Shown here in pieces: positions 27,538-39,630 of a stretch of 64,000 nucleotides of DNA (positions are counted from its first letter, which is position 1; the number at the start of each line of letters is the position of its first letter). The stretch is from assembly GCA_951406725.2 (NCBI GenBank), contig OX597839.1, positions 4,030,001 to 4,094,000 of the forward strand, read 5' to 3'. The notes under the pieces were generated by a model. That model was not told the origin of the DNA and did not search any database. It worked only from the letters and a program-made list of their open reading frames with translations. Position numbers and translations under genes: made by a program. Source of the DNA: Octopus vulgaris (taxonomy: Eukaryota).

Positions 27538-28469
27538 TTAAAAGTATGTGATTAAGATGCAAGTGAATTTAGATTTCGGTAAAGATTGAAAATTATTCAA
27601 TAACACTTAGGTAGCAACGGTTTTTTCTTATTTACTTTTCTCTAGAAAGTATGAAAAATGGTTAGCATTTCCTTCAAACTTTGCTTTTATTTTGCTATAA
27701 TATCTCTTCAAAGCCTAAAAAATCCCTCTCAACACATGGCTGTTGCTCCCTCACTACTCTTGCTCATAATCAGAGATACATGTATTGTCAGCCACTAAGG
27801 GACACGCTCGAGTGTTTAAGGTCAAGCAACTGACAAGCAAACCTGTGGTTTTGAACAGATGTTTCTGCTTCAGTAACTCGGCACTGAATCTGTCTGAAAT
27901 ATAACAGAAAATAGGTCAGTTTCAAAACTTTGATGTCCAGATGAGAAAAGCAAAGTATGAAGGGAATTGCTTCTTGAAAGATTCTGTCGTATAGATAGAT
28001 GCACAGTGCCATTACTTGATGCGTCTGGAGGAACATATAGTAACCATGGCAACTGCAGATCCTCTGAGACTGGTGTGATCAATGTTGTTAATGTACCTGC
28101 AAAGGAGAGCTTTTCAGAGGGCCAGCCTTATGCAGAAGCGGGTACTGGGTATTGGAGTTAGAGCAGGACCTGAGTGTGGGTTGGGAATGCCTGAGCGGAT
28201 GTGGCTGTAAGAAAATAGGTCAGTTTCGAAATCTTGATGTCCAGGTGAGAAAAGCAAAGTTTGAAGGGATTAAAAGGATTGATATCCTGATAGAAGCAAA
28301 TAAGACATAACGCTTACTGACCAAAGACAACAAGCAAATCTGTGGTGGTGGTCAGGATATTTGCTATAATGATATTTCTTCTTCAGCAACTTAGTGCTGA
28401 ACCTGTCTGTAAAGGAAAATAGCTCAGTTTGAAAACATTGATGTCCAGGTCAGAAAAGCAAAGTCATCC

Positions 28470-29005
28470 TAATGAGACGTCTGCGTTGGCTGGGTCATGC
28501 CCTCCGTCGTCAACCAGGAGAATTCATCTACGAAGCAATTTCCCCAGCTCCCCTTCAGGGTTGGCGAAAGCGATGTGGTGGACAACGAAAAACCTGGCTG
28601 ATGACAATCAAGGCTGATCTGGAACCCAACCTACGAAGCAATTGCCCCAGCTCCCCTTCAGGGTTGGCGAAAGCGATGTGGTGGACAACGAAAAACCTGG
28701 CTGATGACAATCAAGGCTGATCTGGAACCCAACCTACGAAGCAATTGCCCCAGCTCCCCTTCAGGGTTGGCGAAAGCGATGTGGTGGACAATGAAAAACC
28801 TGGCTGACGACAGTCAAGGCTGATCTGGAACCCAACCTAGGCCCCCATATCTACGGCGTTCGCCGCTGGAATAGGGAATGGTTGGAGATCACACGGTCGT
28901 TAGCCTCAAATCGCCAGGCCTGGTCGGCGTCTGTGAGAGATGCAGCATTGAGGATGAATGAAGCCAGCTCAACCCACCCCGGGTGAATGCTGTCAAGTCA
29001 AGGTC
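28470..29005 (+). mobile_element. RTE-clade LINE 3' fragment with internal 103-bp triplication
   Basis: RRLRWLGHALRR..GWRKRCGGQRKTW; units start at 28528, 28631, 28734; TCAAG-type tail. Confidence 0.8.
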
Positions 29006-29504
29006 AAAAAAGCTAAGTTTGAAGGGAACAGTAGTGATTTCATTTGATTTCTATATAGGAAATAGGAAATAACACTTACCAACCAAATACTAAAGATTAA
29101 AAACTAATGAAAATTTCATTACACAGTGTAATGAAAGCAAATCAATGCAATCTGTCTTGTATGGTAGCGCCAGCCAGCATTACTATTGATTTCAGGATGT
29201 TTGTTTACAATTGAATGAGTAGCGTAGAGATGCAGTAGGCATCTTGGCAGTATGAAGAATCTACCAGTTCGATAGACATAATGTTTGTTTTTATCTTTTA
29301 CATGTTTCAGTCATTGGACTGTGGCCATCCTGGAGTCCCACCTTGAAGGATTTAGTTGAACAAATTGACCCCCAATACTTTAGTTTTAAGTCTGTCTGCT
29401 ACCTATTCTGTCGATCTATTTTACTGAACCACTAAGTTATGGGGATGTAAATAGACCTATACTGATTGTCAAGGGGTGGAGGGAACAAAGGCACTCACAC
29501 ACAG

Positions 29505-29553
<49 letters not shown>

Positions 29554-29558
29554 CTCTC

Positions 29559-29942
29559 TCTTTTACTTGTTTCAGTCATTTGACTGCGGCCATGCTGGAG
29601 CACCGCCTTTAGCCGAGCAGATCAACCCCGGGACTTATTCTTTGTAAGCCCAGTACTTATTCTATCGGTCACTTTTGCTGAACCGCTAAGTGACGGGGAC
29701 ATAAACACACCAGCATCAGTTGTCAAGCAATGCTAGGGAGACAAACAGACACACAAACATATACACACACATACATATATACGACAGGCTTCTTTCAGTT
29801 TCTGTGTACTAAATCCACTCACAAGGCATTGGTCGGCCCGGGGCTATAGCAGAAGACACTTGCCCAAGATGCCATGCAGTGGGACTGAACCCGGAACCAT
29901 GTGGTTGGTAAGCAAGCTACTTACCACACAGCCACTCCTGCG

Positions 29943-29944
<2 letters not shown>
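29559..29944 (-). mobile_element. SINE family A
   Basis: Full copy between (TA)n tracts. Confidence 0.85.
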
Positions 29945-30002
<58 letters not shown>

Positions 30003-30453
30003 GCTTCTACATGTTCTCTGTCTACCAAATAAACTCACAAAGCTTTGGTTGGCTCAGGGCTATATACAGTAGAAAATACTTGACCAAAATGTTTTGCTGT
30101 GGGACTGAATTTGAAACCTTGCATTTGAGAAGCAAACAGCTTACCACACAGCCACACCCAGACAAATTAAAAACGAATGTATACGATTCTTTTGTTATTG
30201 AATACCTTTGGTATAATCATAACCTTTACCATTCAAAAGGTAGGTTTTTGAAGAAAATTTTATTTGAAAATTATGTGTTTCTCTGAAAGATATGAGGAAA
30301 CAAAGTTGAGTAGGGACCCACACTTGCGTAGGTATGTTACAAGTCCTAGTGATAGATAGATATGTACAGGGGTTGATGGTGGTGGTGATGATGATGGTTG
30401 TTGTACATAACATATTGGTCCAGTTCTATATATAATAGATGCGGAATTACTTA

Positions 30454-30955
30454 CATTATTTACATCTGAGGGATATTTGTCCTCATCTTGTTTGTTATTA
30501 ACACAATGTTTCGGCTGATATACCCTCCAGCTTTCATCAGGTGTCTTGGGGAAATTTCGAACCTGGGTTCTCATTCCTAAGTTATTTTTTGATGTTGTTA
30601 TTATTATTATTATTATTATTATGATCATCATCATCATCATCATCATCATAGTTATTCAGGTCACTGCCTGGAATCGAACTTGGAATCTTGGGGTTTGTAG
30701 CCTGCATTCTTAACCACTACGCCACAGGCATATGGTGTAGTGGTTAAGAGCACAGGTTACTAACTCCAAGATTCCAAGTTCGATTCCAGGCAGTGACCTG
30801 AATAATAATAATAACATCGAAAAATACCTTAGGAATGAGAACCCAGGTTCGAAATTTCCCTAAGACACCTGAAGAAGGCTGGAGGGTATATCAGCTGAAA
30901 TGGTGTATTAACAACAAACAAGATGAGGACAAATACCCATCAAATGTAAATAATG
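30454..30955. mobile_element. Head-to-head palindromic dimer of a tRNA-derived SINE carrying a hammerhead ribozyme
   Basis: Arms ~230-270 bp inverted about ~30728; A box TGGTGTAGTGG, B box GTTCGATTC, (AAT)n, hammerhead core in each arm. Confidence 0.8.
30501..30544 (-). ncRNA. Minimal type I hammerhead ribozyme
   Basis: Minus strand ACAC-CTGATGA-A-AGCTG..CAGCC-GAAAC-ATT-GTGT: canonical core, stem I ACAC/GTGT; mismatches in stems II and III. Confidence 0.65.
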
Positions 30956-31489
30956 AACATAATGGTCATAAAAAAAAAATCTGTACATAAAAATGAGTGC
31001 AAAGAATTGAACTTTAGAATCTTTAAGAAAGTGAGGAAGACATGTTTACAGATTTCAGCAAGCAAACAGATACTTAATATAACTTAGAAATGTCTTGGCC
31101 AACGATTGGCCCAAGACATCCCCTCCTCCGATACCTCCCCTCCTCTCAAAATTCCTTGTCTTGGTGCCATGTAAAGAAGCATCCAGTCCACACTGTAAAG
31201 TGGTTGGCATTTGGAAGGGCATCCAGCTGTAAAAACCCTGCCAAAACTGACCTCGCCTGTGCTGGTGTTTAGAAGGGCATCCAGCTGTAAAACCCTGCCA
31301 AAACAGACCTCGCCTGTGCTGGTGTTAGGAAGGGCATCCAGCTGTAAAAACCCTGCCAAAGCAGACACAGTAGCCTGGGGTAGTCGTCTACCTGGCTGGC
31401 TCCTGTCAAACCATCTAACCCAAACATGCATGAAAGACAGATGTTAAATGATGATAATGATTATGATGATAGCATTTGTTAAGTCATTT

Positions 31490-31670
31490 TTAAGTCAAGT
31501 TTTGTGGCATCGTGGCCCATGCAAGTAGGGAGTTGTTGTTGATTGAGAAGTATCCAAGTATAAGGTGGCTTATCTGGTACCTCTTGCAGAATTTTGTCCA
31601 GCTTTTGTTTGAAGGTGATGGTGTCTTTTTCTTTGATTCGTTTTGGGATAATGTTACATAAAGTAGGGCC
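31490..31670 (-). mobile_element. CR1/jockey-like LINE 3' end, third family
   Basis: GPTLCNIIPKRIKE...FKQKLDKILQEVPDKP. Confidence 0.6.
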
Positions 31671-32551
31671 TATTAACAGAAAAGAAAAAAAATTAAAATT
31701 CTTGTTACAGAAATCAAGTTTTAACAAATTAGACGCCGAAAAAAATAAAGAACTAAAAGGGAAAACACCCTGTCGTCTTTTGCTCAAAGGGCAAAGTTCA
31801 GAGTCAGTGAACGACACAGAGAAAAATTTCTGCTTTAGAGATAAACAAATAAACAATGCATCTCTTATAACGAAGGCAAAGTTTAAAATTAATGAATGAC
31901 ACATAATGAAAAACTTTCTGTGACAAATAATCTCTATATATCATCATCATCATCATCATTTAACGTCCGCTTTCGATGCTGGCATGGGTTGGACGGTTCA
32001 TCTGGGGTCTGGGAAGCCAGAAGGCTGCACCAGGCCCAGTCTGATCTGGCAGTGTTTCTACAGCTGGATGCCCTTCCTAACGCCAACCACTCCGTGCAAA
32101 ATGTCTGTGTGCGTGTCCTTTATACAAATCCACAATTTTTCAGTTAGAGGGCTCGCACTTTCTATGGTCATTCAAAACCATCCAAGGGTGGTCGTGCACA
32201 TCTTTACATTTCCCCAGACACCCCTCAAAGCCATTAAAAAATCAATAGAAGTGACATTTTTGTGAATTTTCTGTCCAAAACCCAATCAAATTGCCCAAAA
32301 CTTGATACACCAATTGAATGCCAGCTAGCTGTATGTGATTGGTCAGAGATCTGGACAGTACTCGCATGTATGTGCGCACGCACACAGCTCTATATGCATG
32401 CACTAGTAGTCAATAAAACATGTCAAAGGCCATCTTTCAGTATGAGAAGACAACTTCATTCACCCACTCATTACATGGATAAAGAGGGTAGATGATGTTG
32501 TCTACTAATACCAAAAGATTGCCAATGTTAAATCGTAGAAAAATAGCATAC

Positions 32552-33082
32552 TTTACTCTTTTACTTGTTTCAGTCATTTGACTGCGGCCATGCTGGAACA
32601 CTGCCTTTAGTCGAGCAAATCGATCCCAGGACTTATTCTATCGGTCTATTTTGCCGAACCGCTAAGTTACGAGGACTTAAACACACCAGCATCGGTTGTC
32701 AAGAGATGTAGGTGGGGACAAACACAGACACACAAACATATACACACACACATACATATATACGTCGGGCTTCTTTCAGTTTCCGTCTACCAAATCCACT
32801 CAAAAGGCTTTGGTCGGCCCGAGGCTATAGTAGAAGACACTTGCCATGTGGTTGGTAAGCAAGCTACTTACCACACAGCCACTCATACGGATGCATGGTA
32901 CTAAGAGCACACATATATTGTTAGCAGATGAGAACTGTCTTGTATGAATGCTGGAACTGCTTCATCGCATGATTTCGGGGTACTGGGTTCAGTCTCACTG
33001 AGTGGCACCTTGGGCTGGTGTCTTCTGTCATAGCCTCAAGCCTTGTGAGTGGATTTCGTTGATGGAAACTGAAAGAAGCCTG

Positions 33083-33128
<46 letters not shown>

Positions 33129-33350
33129 TTTACTCTTTTACTTGTTTCAGTCATTTGACTGCGGCCATGCTGGAGGACCGCCTTTAGTCAAGCAAATCGA
33201 TCCCAGGACTTATTCTTTGTAAGCCTAGTACTTATTCTGTTGGTCTCCTTTGCCAAACCGCTAAGTTACGGGGGACGCAAACACACCAGCATCAGTTGTC
33301 AAGTGATGTTGGGGGGACAAACACAGACACACAAACATATACACACGCAT
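32552..33350. mobile_element. Cluster of SINE family A copies (-, + partial, - partial)
   Basis: Homology to family A. Confidence 0.8.
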
Positions 33351-33805
33351 ACATACACAAACATATACACACGCATACATTAAGAGAAGCCATTTAAGAA
33401 AGAAAGGATGATTTTTATTAATATTCTGCTGAGTTATTTCACTTCCAATCACAATAATATATTATATGATTTTAAAATTTCCCTCTGCTAAGCACTTTAT
33501 ATTTCTCCCTTTCTCTCTACCTCTTCAACAAACTTTTTAACCATGTAATTCTCCTCTTCACGTCTTTAACATCTCTCTTTATCTTTTCACCTTTCTCTCC
33601 TCACCCTACAGCATATCGTTAACACTTCTCTCTCCCACTTTTTTCTCACCGTCTTTTTCTCTTGTTCTTCAGACCCCCACCGGCTTCAACTAACCACATG
33701 ATGCATCTGACCTTAGTCTGTTATCATACTCCTCTCTTCTGCTCTACTCACATTCCCCTCCCCCTTTCTCTCTCTCACTCACTCCACCTCCACCTCTCTC
33801 TCTCT

Positions 33806-33998
33806 CTCTTTTACTTGTTTCAGTCATTTGACTGCGGCCATGCTGGAGCACCACCTTTAGTCAAGCAAATCGACCCCGGGACTTATTCTTTGTAAGCCCA
33901 GTACTTATTCTATCGGTCTCTTTTGCCGAACCGCTAAGTGACGGGGACGTAAACACACCAGCATCGGTTCTCAAGCAATGCTAGGGGGATAAACACAG

Positions 33999-34035
<37 letters not shown>

Positions 34036-34206
34036 CATATATACGATAGGCTTCTTTCAGTTTCCGTCTACCAAATCCACTCACAAGGCATTGGTCGGCC
34101 CGGGGCTATAGTAGAGGACACTTGCCCAAGATGCCACGCAGTGGGACTGAACCCGGAACCATGTAGTTGGTTAGCAAGCTACTTACCACACAGCCACTCC
34201 TGCACC
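33806..34206 (-). mobile_element. SINE family A
   Basis: Full copy. Confidence 0.85.
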
Positions 34207-34270
34207 TCTCTAAGTAAGTAAAATATAACGGGCAAATGAACAAGCAGATTATTATATAGATTGTTGACCT

Positions 34271-34899
34271 TTAGCACGCCGGGCGAAATGTGTAGCCGTA
34301 TTTTGTCTGCTGTTACGTTCTGAGTTTAAATTCCGCCGAGGTCGACTTTGCCTTTCATCCGTTCGGGGTCGATAAATTAAGTACCAGTTACGCCCTGGGG
34401 TTGATGTAATCGACTTAATTCGTTTGTCTGTCCTTGTTTGTTTCTTCTATGTTTAGCCCCTTGTGGGTAATAAAGAAACATATATATATTTCTTTACTAC
34501 TCACAAGGGGCCAAACATAGAGCGGACAAACAAGGACAGACAAAGGGATTAAGTCGATAACATCGACCCCAGTGCGAAACTGGTACTTTATTTATCGACC
34601 CCCGAAAGGATGACAGGCAAAGTTGACCTCGGCAGAATTTGAACTCAGAACGTAACGGCAGACGAAATACCTATTTCTTTATTACCCACAAGGGGCTAAA
34701 CACAGAAGGGACAAACAAGGACAGACATAGGTATTAAGTCGATGACATCGACCCCAGTGCGAAACTGGTACTTTATTTATCGACCCCGAAAGGATGACAG
34801 GCAAAGTCGACCTCGGCGGAGTTTGAACTCAGAACGTAACGACAGACGAAATACCGCTAAGCATTTCGCCTGGCATGCTAACGTTTCTGCCAGCTCGCC
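34271..34899. mobile_element. SINE family B: one + copy and a tandem - dimer, tail-to-tail
   Basis: 34271-34478 (+) versus 34488-34899 (-). Confidence 0.8.
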
Positions 34900-34968
34900 G
34901 ATGTTGTTCGATGTTGATGCTGGTGATGCCATCAAGATTTTACTGACATCTTCTTCTTTCTGTTGCAG

Positions 34969-35227
34969 ATTGCTCTCAGATCCGGCTCGCTGGGTCTATG
35001 TTTTGGCCTTGGCGTTTTACTCAGTATTGCCGACACGACGCTGGTGTATTTTGGTTGGTACGTTATGGTACTAAGCTTTTTCCACTGGTCTGAGTATTTC
35101 ATGACAGCTGTTACGAATCCGCGTAGTCTCTCCTTGGAATCTTTTCTTCTTGACCATAGCCGGGAATACAAACTGGCTGTGGTCAGTAGCTGGATAGAAT
35201 ATACTCTGGAATGGGTTCTCTTTCCAG
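34969..35227 (+). CDS. ICMT: ICMT coding exon 2 (IALRSGSLG...FFHWSEYFMTAVTNPRSLSLESFLLDHSREY...WVLFP)
   Basis: Branch point TACTGAC at 34941, pyrimidine tract, TGCAG acceptor; ICMT motif FHxSEYxxTAxxNP...SFLLxHS; donor G|GTAAGT; 259 nt. Confidence 0.95.
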
Positions 35228-35865
35228 GTAAGTTCCTTTTACTCTTTAGATTACTTCAAGATTGCTTTGCTGCATAATGCTTGTTTATTCTTCTATTTGT
35301 TTCAGTCATTTGTCTGTGGCCATGCCGGAGCATTGCCTACTTCTTATTCTATTGGTCTCTTTTGCTGAGCAGCTAAGTTACAGACATAAACACACCAACA
35401 CTGGTTGTCAAGCAGAGATGGAAGGACAAACACAGACACAAAGACACACATATATGTATGTATATATATATATCACTCTGATCACCGTGACCGACCAGGC
35501 TATCAGATGTTGCTACACATCGCTGGTCACTATGTGCTTTGCATTGTTTTAGCCTTCAAATGATACAACCCTGATGGCTAAGCGAGCAGGCCAACAGAAG
35601 AAAGAGTGAGAGAAAGTTGTGGCGAAAGAGTACAGCAGGGATCGCCACCAACCCCTGCTGGAACCTCGTGGAGCTTTAGCTGTTTTCGCTCTATAAACAC
35701 TCACAACGCCCGGTCTGGGAATCGAAACCACAAGTCGACTGCCCTAACCACTGGGCTATTGCGCCTTCACATGTATATATATATATATGCCAGTGCCGCC
35801 TTGACTGGCATCCATGCTGGTAACACCAACCGATTGTGGCCGTTTGCCAGCCTCCTCTGGCCCCT

Positions 35866-36432
35866 GGTATTTTTCAATGTTGTTGTTATTATTATTATTG
35901 TTCGGTTCACTGCCTGGAATTGAACTCGGAATCTTGGGGTTAGTAGCCCGCACTCTTAACCACTACGCCACAGGCATATGGCGTAGTGGTTAAGAGCACG
36001 AGCTACTCACTCCCAAGATTCCGAGTTCAATTCCAGGCAGTGAGCCGAATAATAATAATAATAATAACAACATCGAAAAATACCTTAGGAATGAGAACCC
36101 AGGTTATTATTATTATTATTATCATCATCATCATCATAGTTATTCAGGTCACTGCTTGGAATCTTGGGGTTTGTAGCCTGCATTCTTAACCACTATGCCA
36201 CAGGCATATGGTGTAGCAGTTAAGAGCACAGGCTACTAACTCCAAGATTCCAAGTTCGATTCCAGGCAATGACCTGAATAATAATAATAACATCGAAAAA
36301 TACCTTAGGAATGAGAACCCAGGTTTGAAATTTCCCCAAGACACCTGAAGAAGGCTGGAGGGTATATCAGCCGAAACGTTGTGTTAACAACAAACAAGAT
36401 GAGGACAAATATCCGTCCAATGTAAATAATGT
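35866..36432. mobile_element. Second, rearranged cluster of the same tRNA-hammerhead SINE (two head-to-head junctions)
   Basis: Same junction ccactacgccacaggcatatgg(c/t)gtagtgg at ~35960 and a variant at ~36190; full + copy ~36203-36432. Confidence 0.8.
36341..36384 (+). ncRNA. Minimal type I hammerhead ribozyme
   Basis: ACAC-CTGAAGA-A-GGCTG(gagggtatat)CAGCC-GAAAC-GTT-GTGT; palindromic stem III AACGTT. Confidence 0.75.
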
Positions 36433-36587
36433 ATATAAATTGTTATACTGAAATGGAAACCTAAAATATTAAGCCACGGTTAGTTCACATTACTCTGTAA
36501 AGTGTATAGGGCCGTGACCATTTCATGCCAGCAGACATGATCTTGGGCTACCTCCACTAACATTATTGTAATTATTTCTTGTTACAG

Positions 36588-36805
36588 AGATGAAGCTGTT
36601 AAGGTGGTTTTGTTATGTTGGCCTAGTAATGGTGATCGGAGGCGAAATCCTCCGTAAGTGCAGTATGTATACAGCTCGCTCCAATTTTAACCATTACATC
36701 CAGTATATTAAGCAAGATGGACACACACTTGTCACTCGAGGAGTCTACTCGTTGTTTCGCCATCCAGCTTATGTTGGCTGGTTTTACTGGAGTATTGGAA
36801 CGCAG
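36588..36805 (+). CDS. ICMT: ICMT coding exon 3 (EMKLLRW...SNFNHYIQ...HTLVTRGVYSLFRHPAYVGWFYWSIGTQ)
   Basis: TTACAG acceptor, CAG|GTAAGA donor; ICMT/Ste14 signature RHPxYxGW; 218 nt, phase consistent with flanking exons. Confidence 0.96.
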
Positions 36806-37077
36806 GTAAGAATTAATTATTAATTACTCTGTGTAATATGGTTTTTTGTCCTTGGGTGGTAACTGATATTCCCTATTTGCTGACCCCTAGAAAGTATGAA
36901 AAATGGTTAATATTTCCTTCAAACTTGTTCATGATCAGAGATGTGCATATTGTCAGCCACTAAGGGACGTTACTCAAGTGGTTAAGTTCAGACAACTGAC
37001 AAGCAAATCTGTGGTATTGAGCAGAATATTTGCTATGACAATATTTGTGCTTCAGATTTGCTGAATCTGTTTGAAAT

Positions 37078-37586
37078 GATCTTAGAGTACGGGATTCAAG
37101 CCTCTTCTCCTTATCTCCTCAAAGACATACATCATCTCGAAAGAGTCCAGAAGCTGGCTACCCGCATGGTTCTTGGTCTCAAGCATTTTGTCTTATGAAG
37201 AAAGGCTGAAGACGCACGACCTTTATTCTCTCGAAAAACGCCGCAGCCATGGTGATCTCATTCTCGCTCACAACATCATAAGCGGAAAGTGTAACCTTTC
37301 GAATGAGCTGTTCTTCACTCCTGCTCCAGAGCATGGGCTGCGGGGTCACTCCGAAAAGCTCTATCTACGACGATTTCATCTCAGTCGAAGGAGAGGGGCT
37401 TTCTCCATCCGGGTTGCGGATCCGTGCAATAAGCTGCCGGACGAGATAGTGAACATGCCAATGATCGCTCGGTTCAAAGTCTCTCTTGACCACAAGTGGC
37501 CTGAACACCACTCTGTACATAACTCCCTGTCCCCCTACATGGCCTTGCTTTTGCCTTTTGAGACAATAAAAATTGAATTGAATTGA
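37078..37586 (+). mobile_element. CR1/L2-clade LINE 3' fragment (same family)
   Basis: ILEYG..SPYL..LERVQKLATRMV..YEERLK..WNKLP-like. Confidence 0.85.
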
Positions 37587-37915
37587 AAAAAAAATGGAAA
37601 TGGAAAGTCAGTTTGATAACGTTGATATTCGGGTCAGAAAAGCAAAGTTTGAAGAGACTGGCAGTCATTTCCTTTGATTTTGAGACAGAAGCAAATAGGA
37701 AATAACACACACTGACCAAAGACAACAAGCAAATCTGTGGTATTGAGCAGAATATTTGTATAATGATATTTCTGCTTCAGCATCTCGGCACTAAATATGT
37801 CTGAAATGTAATGGGAAATAGGTCAGTTTGAAAACATTGACTTCTAGGTTAGAAAAGCAAAGTTTGACAGGAACTGTACTCATTTCCTTTGGTTTCTTGA
37901 TAGAAACATATATTC

Positions 37916-38473
37916 TTTTCTTTTACTTGTTTCAGTCATTTGACTGTGGCCATGCTGGAGTACTGCCTTTAGTTGAGCAAATTTACCCCAGGACTTATTC
38001 TTTGTAATCCTAGTACTGATTCTATCAGTCTCTTTTGCCGAACTGCTAAGTTACGGGGACATAAACACACCAGCATCGGTTGTCAAGCGATGTTGGGGGG
38101 ACAAACACAGACACACAAACATATACACACACATACATATATACGACTGTGGCCATGCTGGAGTACTGCCTTTAGTTGAGCAAATCGACCCCAGGACTTA
38201 TTCTTTGTAATCCTAGTACTTATTCTATCGGTCTCTTTTGCCGAACCGCTAGGTTACGGGGACATAAACATACCAGCATCGGTTGTCAGGAGACAAACAC
38301 ACGCACACACACGTTGGGCTTCTTTCAGTTTCCGTCTATCAAATCCACTCACAAGGCTTTGGTCAGCCCGAGGCTTTCGTAGAAGACACTTGCCCAAGGT
38401 GTCATACAGTGGGACTGGACCCGGAACCATGTTGTTGGGAAGCAAGTTAGATACCACACAGCCACTACTACAC
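37916..38473 (-). mobile_element. SINE family A with internal duplication
   Basis: 3' half repeated at ~37943 and ~38146. Confidence 0.8.
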
Positions 38474-38678
38474 CTATATATAGGAAATAATACTTATTGA
38501 CCAAAGACAAAAAAAAAAATTGAAATTTCGTCACCCAGTGTTATACAAAACGTAAGCACACAGGTCTGTCCTAAGCTTAAGATTCATAACGCCAGCTTCT
38601 TGGATTCTTTGGCACAACTGTTCCCCTCTGTATGTAGATTTATGTTATGTTTTAGTTTTTATTTTTATTAATTTTTAA

Positions 38679-39560
38679 CCCTTTCGTTACTGTATTTATT
38701 TTGAAATGCTCTGTGTTTCTTTCAATTACTTCAAATATAACAAAGAATTTAGTAAAATAACTTTGTTATCATTAAGCTGGTGTCAGGAACATAAACTGTG
38801 ACTAAGGTTTAGTGGAAGATTTTAATTCAAAACTTATCAAAACAAGACATTTGTTACCCATATTTCTGTTGAGATGCTCTGTGTTTCTTTCAATTACTTC
38901 AAATATAACAAAGAATTTAGTAAAATAACTTAGTTATCATTAAGCTAGTGTTAGGAACATAAATTGTGACTAAGGTTTAGTGGAAGATTTTAATTCAAAA
39001 CTCATGAAAACAAGACATTTGTTACCATATTTCTATTGAGATGCTCTGTGTTTCTTTCAATTAATTTTAAATATAACAAAGAATTTAGTAAAATAACTTA
39101 GTTATCATTAATCCAGTGTAAGGAACAAAAATTGTGACTAAGGTTTAGTGGAAGATTTTAATTCAAAACTCATGAAAACAAGACATTTGTTACCCATATT
39201 TCTGTTGAGATGCTCTGTGTTTCTTTCAATTACTTCAAATATAACAAAGAATTTAGTAAAATAACTTAGTTATCATTAAGCTGGTGTCAGGAACATAAAC
39301 TGTGACTAAGGTTTAGTGGAAGATTTTAATTCAAAACTCATGAAAACAAGACATTTGTTACCATATTTCTGTTGAGATGCTCTGTGTTTTTTTTAATTAC
39401 TTCAAATATAATGAAGAATTTAGTAAAATAACTTTGTTATCATTAAGCTAGTATAAGGAACATAAACTGTTTGGTGGAAGATTTTAATTCAAAACTCCTG
39501 AAAATAAGACATTTGTACTCAGAGCCAGAGCTGGTTTCAGCCAGGTTGGTAACGAAAGGG
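38679..39560. mobile_element. piggyBac-like MITE family 2 with interior amplified 5 times (~168 bp)
   Basis: One pair of TTAA-flanked TIRs enclosing five tandem copies of the interior. Confidence 0.88.
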
Positions 39561-39630
39561 TTAAAACAGAAATTCTGAAATAATTTTGTTTACTTATATA
39601 TTTTATTTATGCTTTTCTATTTTTTTTAAG

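Noticed and set aside
28528-28839. CRISPR-like regular repeat
   Set aside because: No unique spacers, eukaryotic context, lies in a LINE fragment
30727-30800. Bona fide tRNA gene
   Set aside because: No acceptor stem or Pol III terminator; continues into SINE body
34932-35171. Antisense ORF over exon 2
   Set aside because: Shadow of the ICMT coding frame
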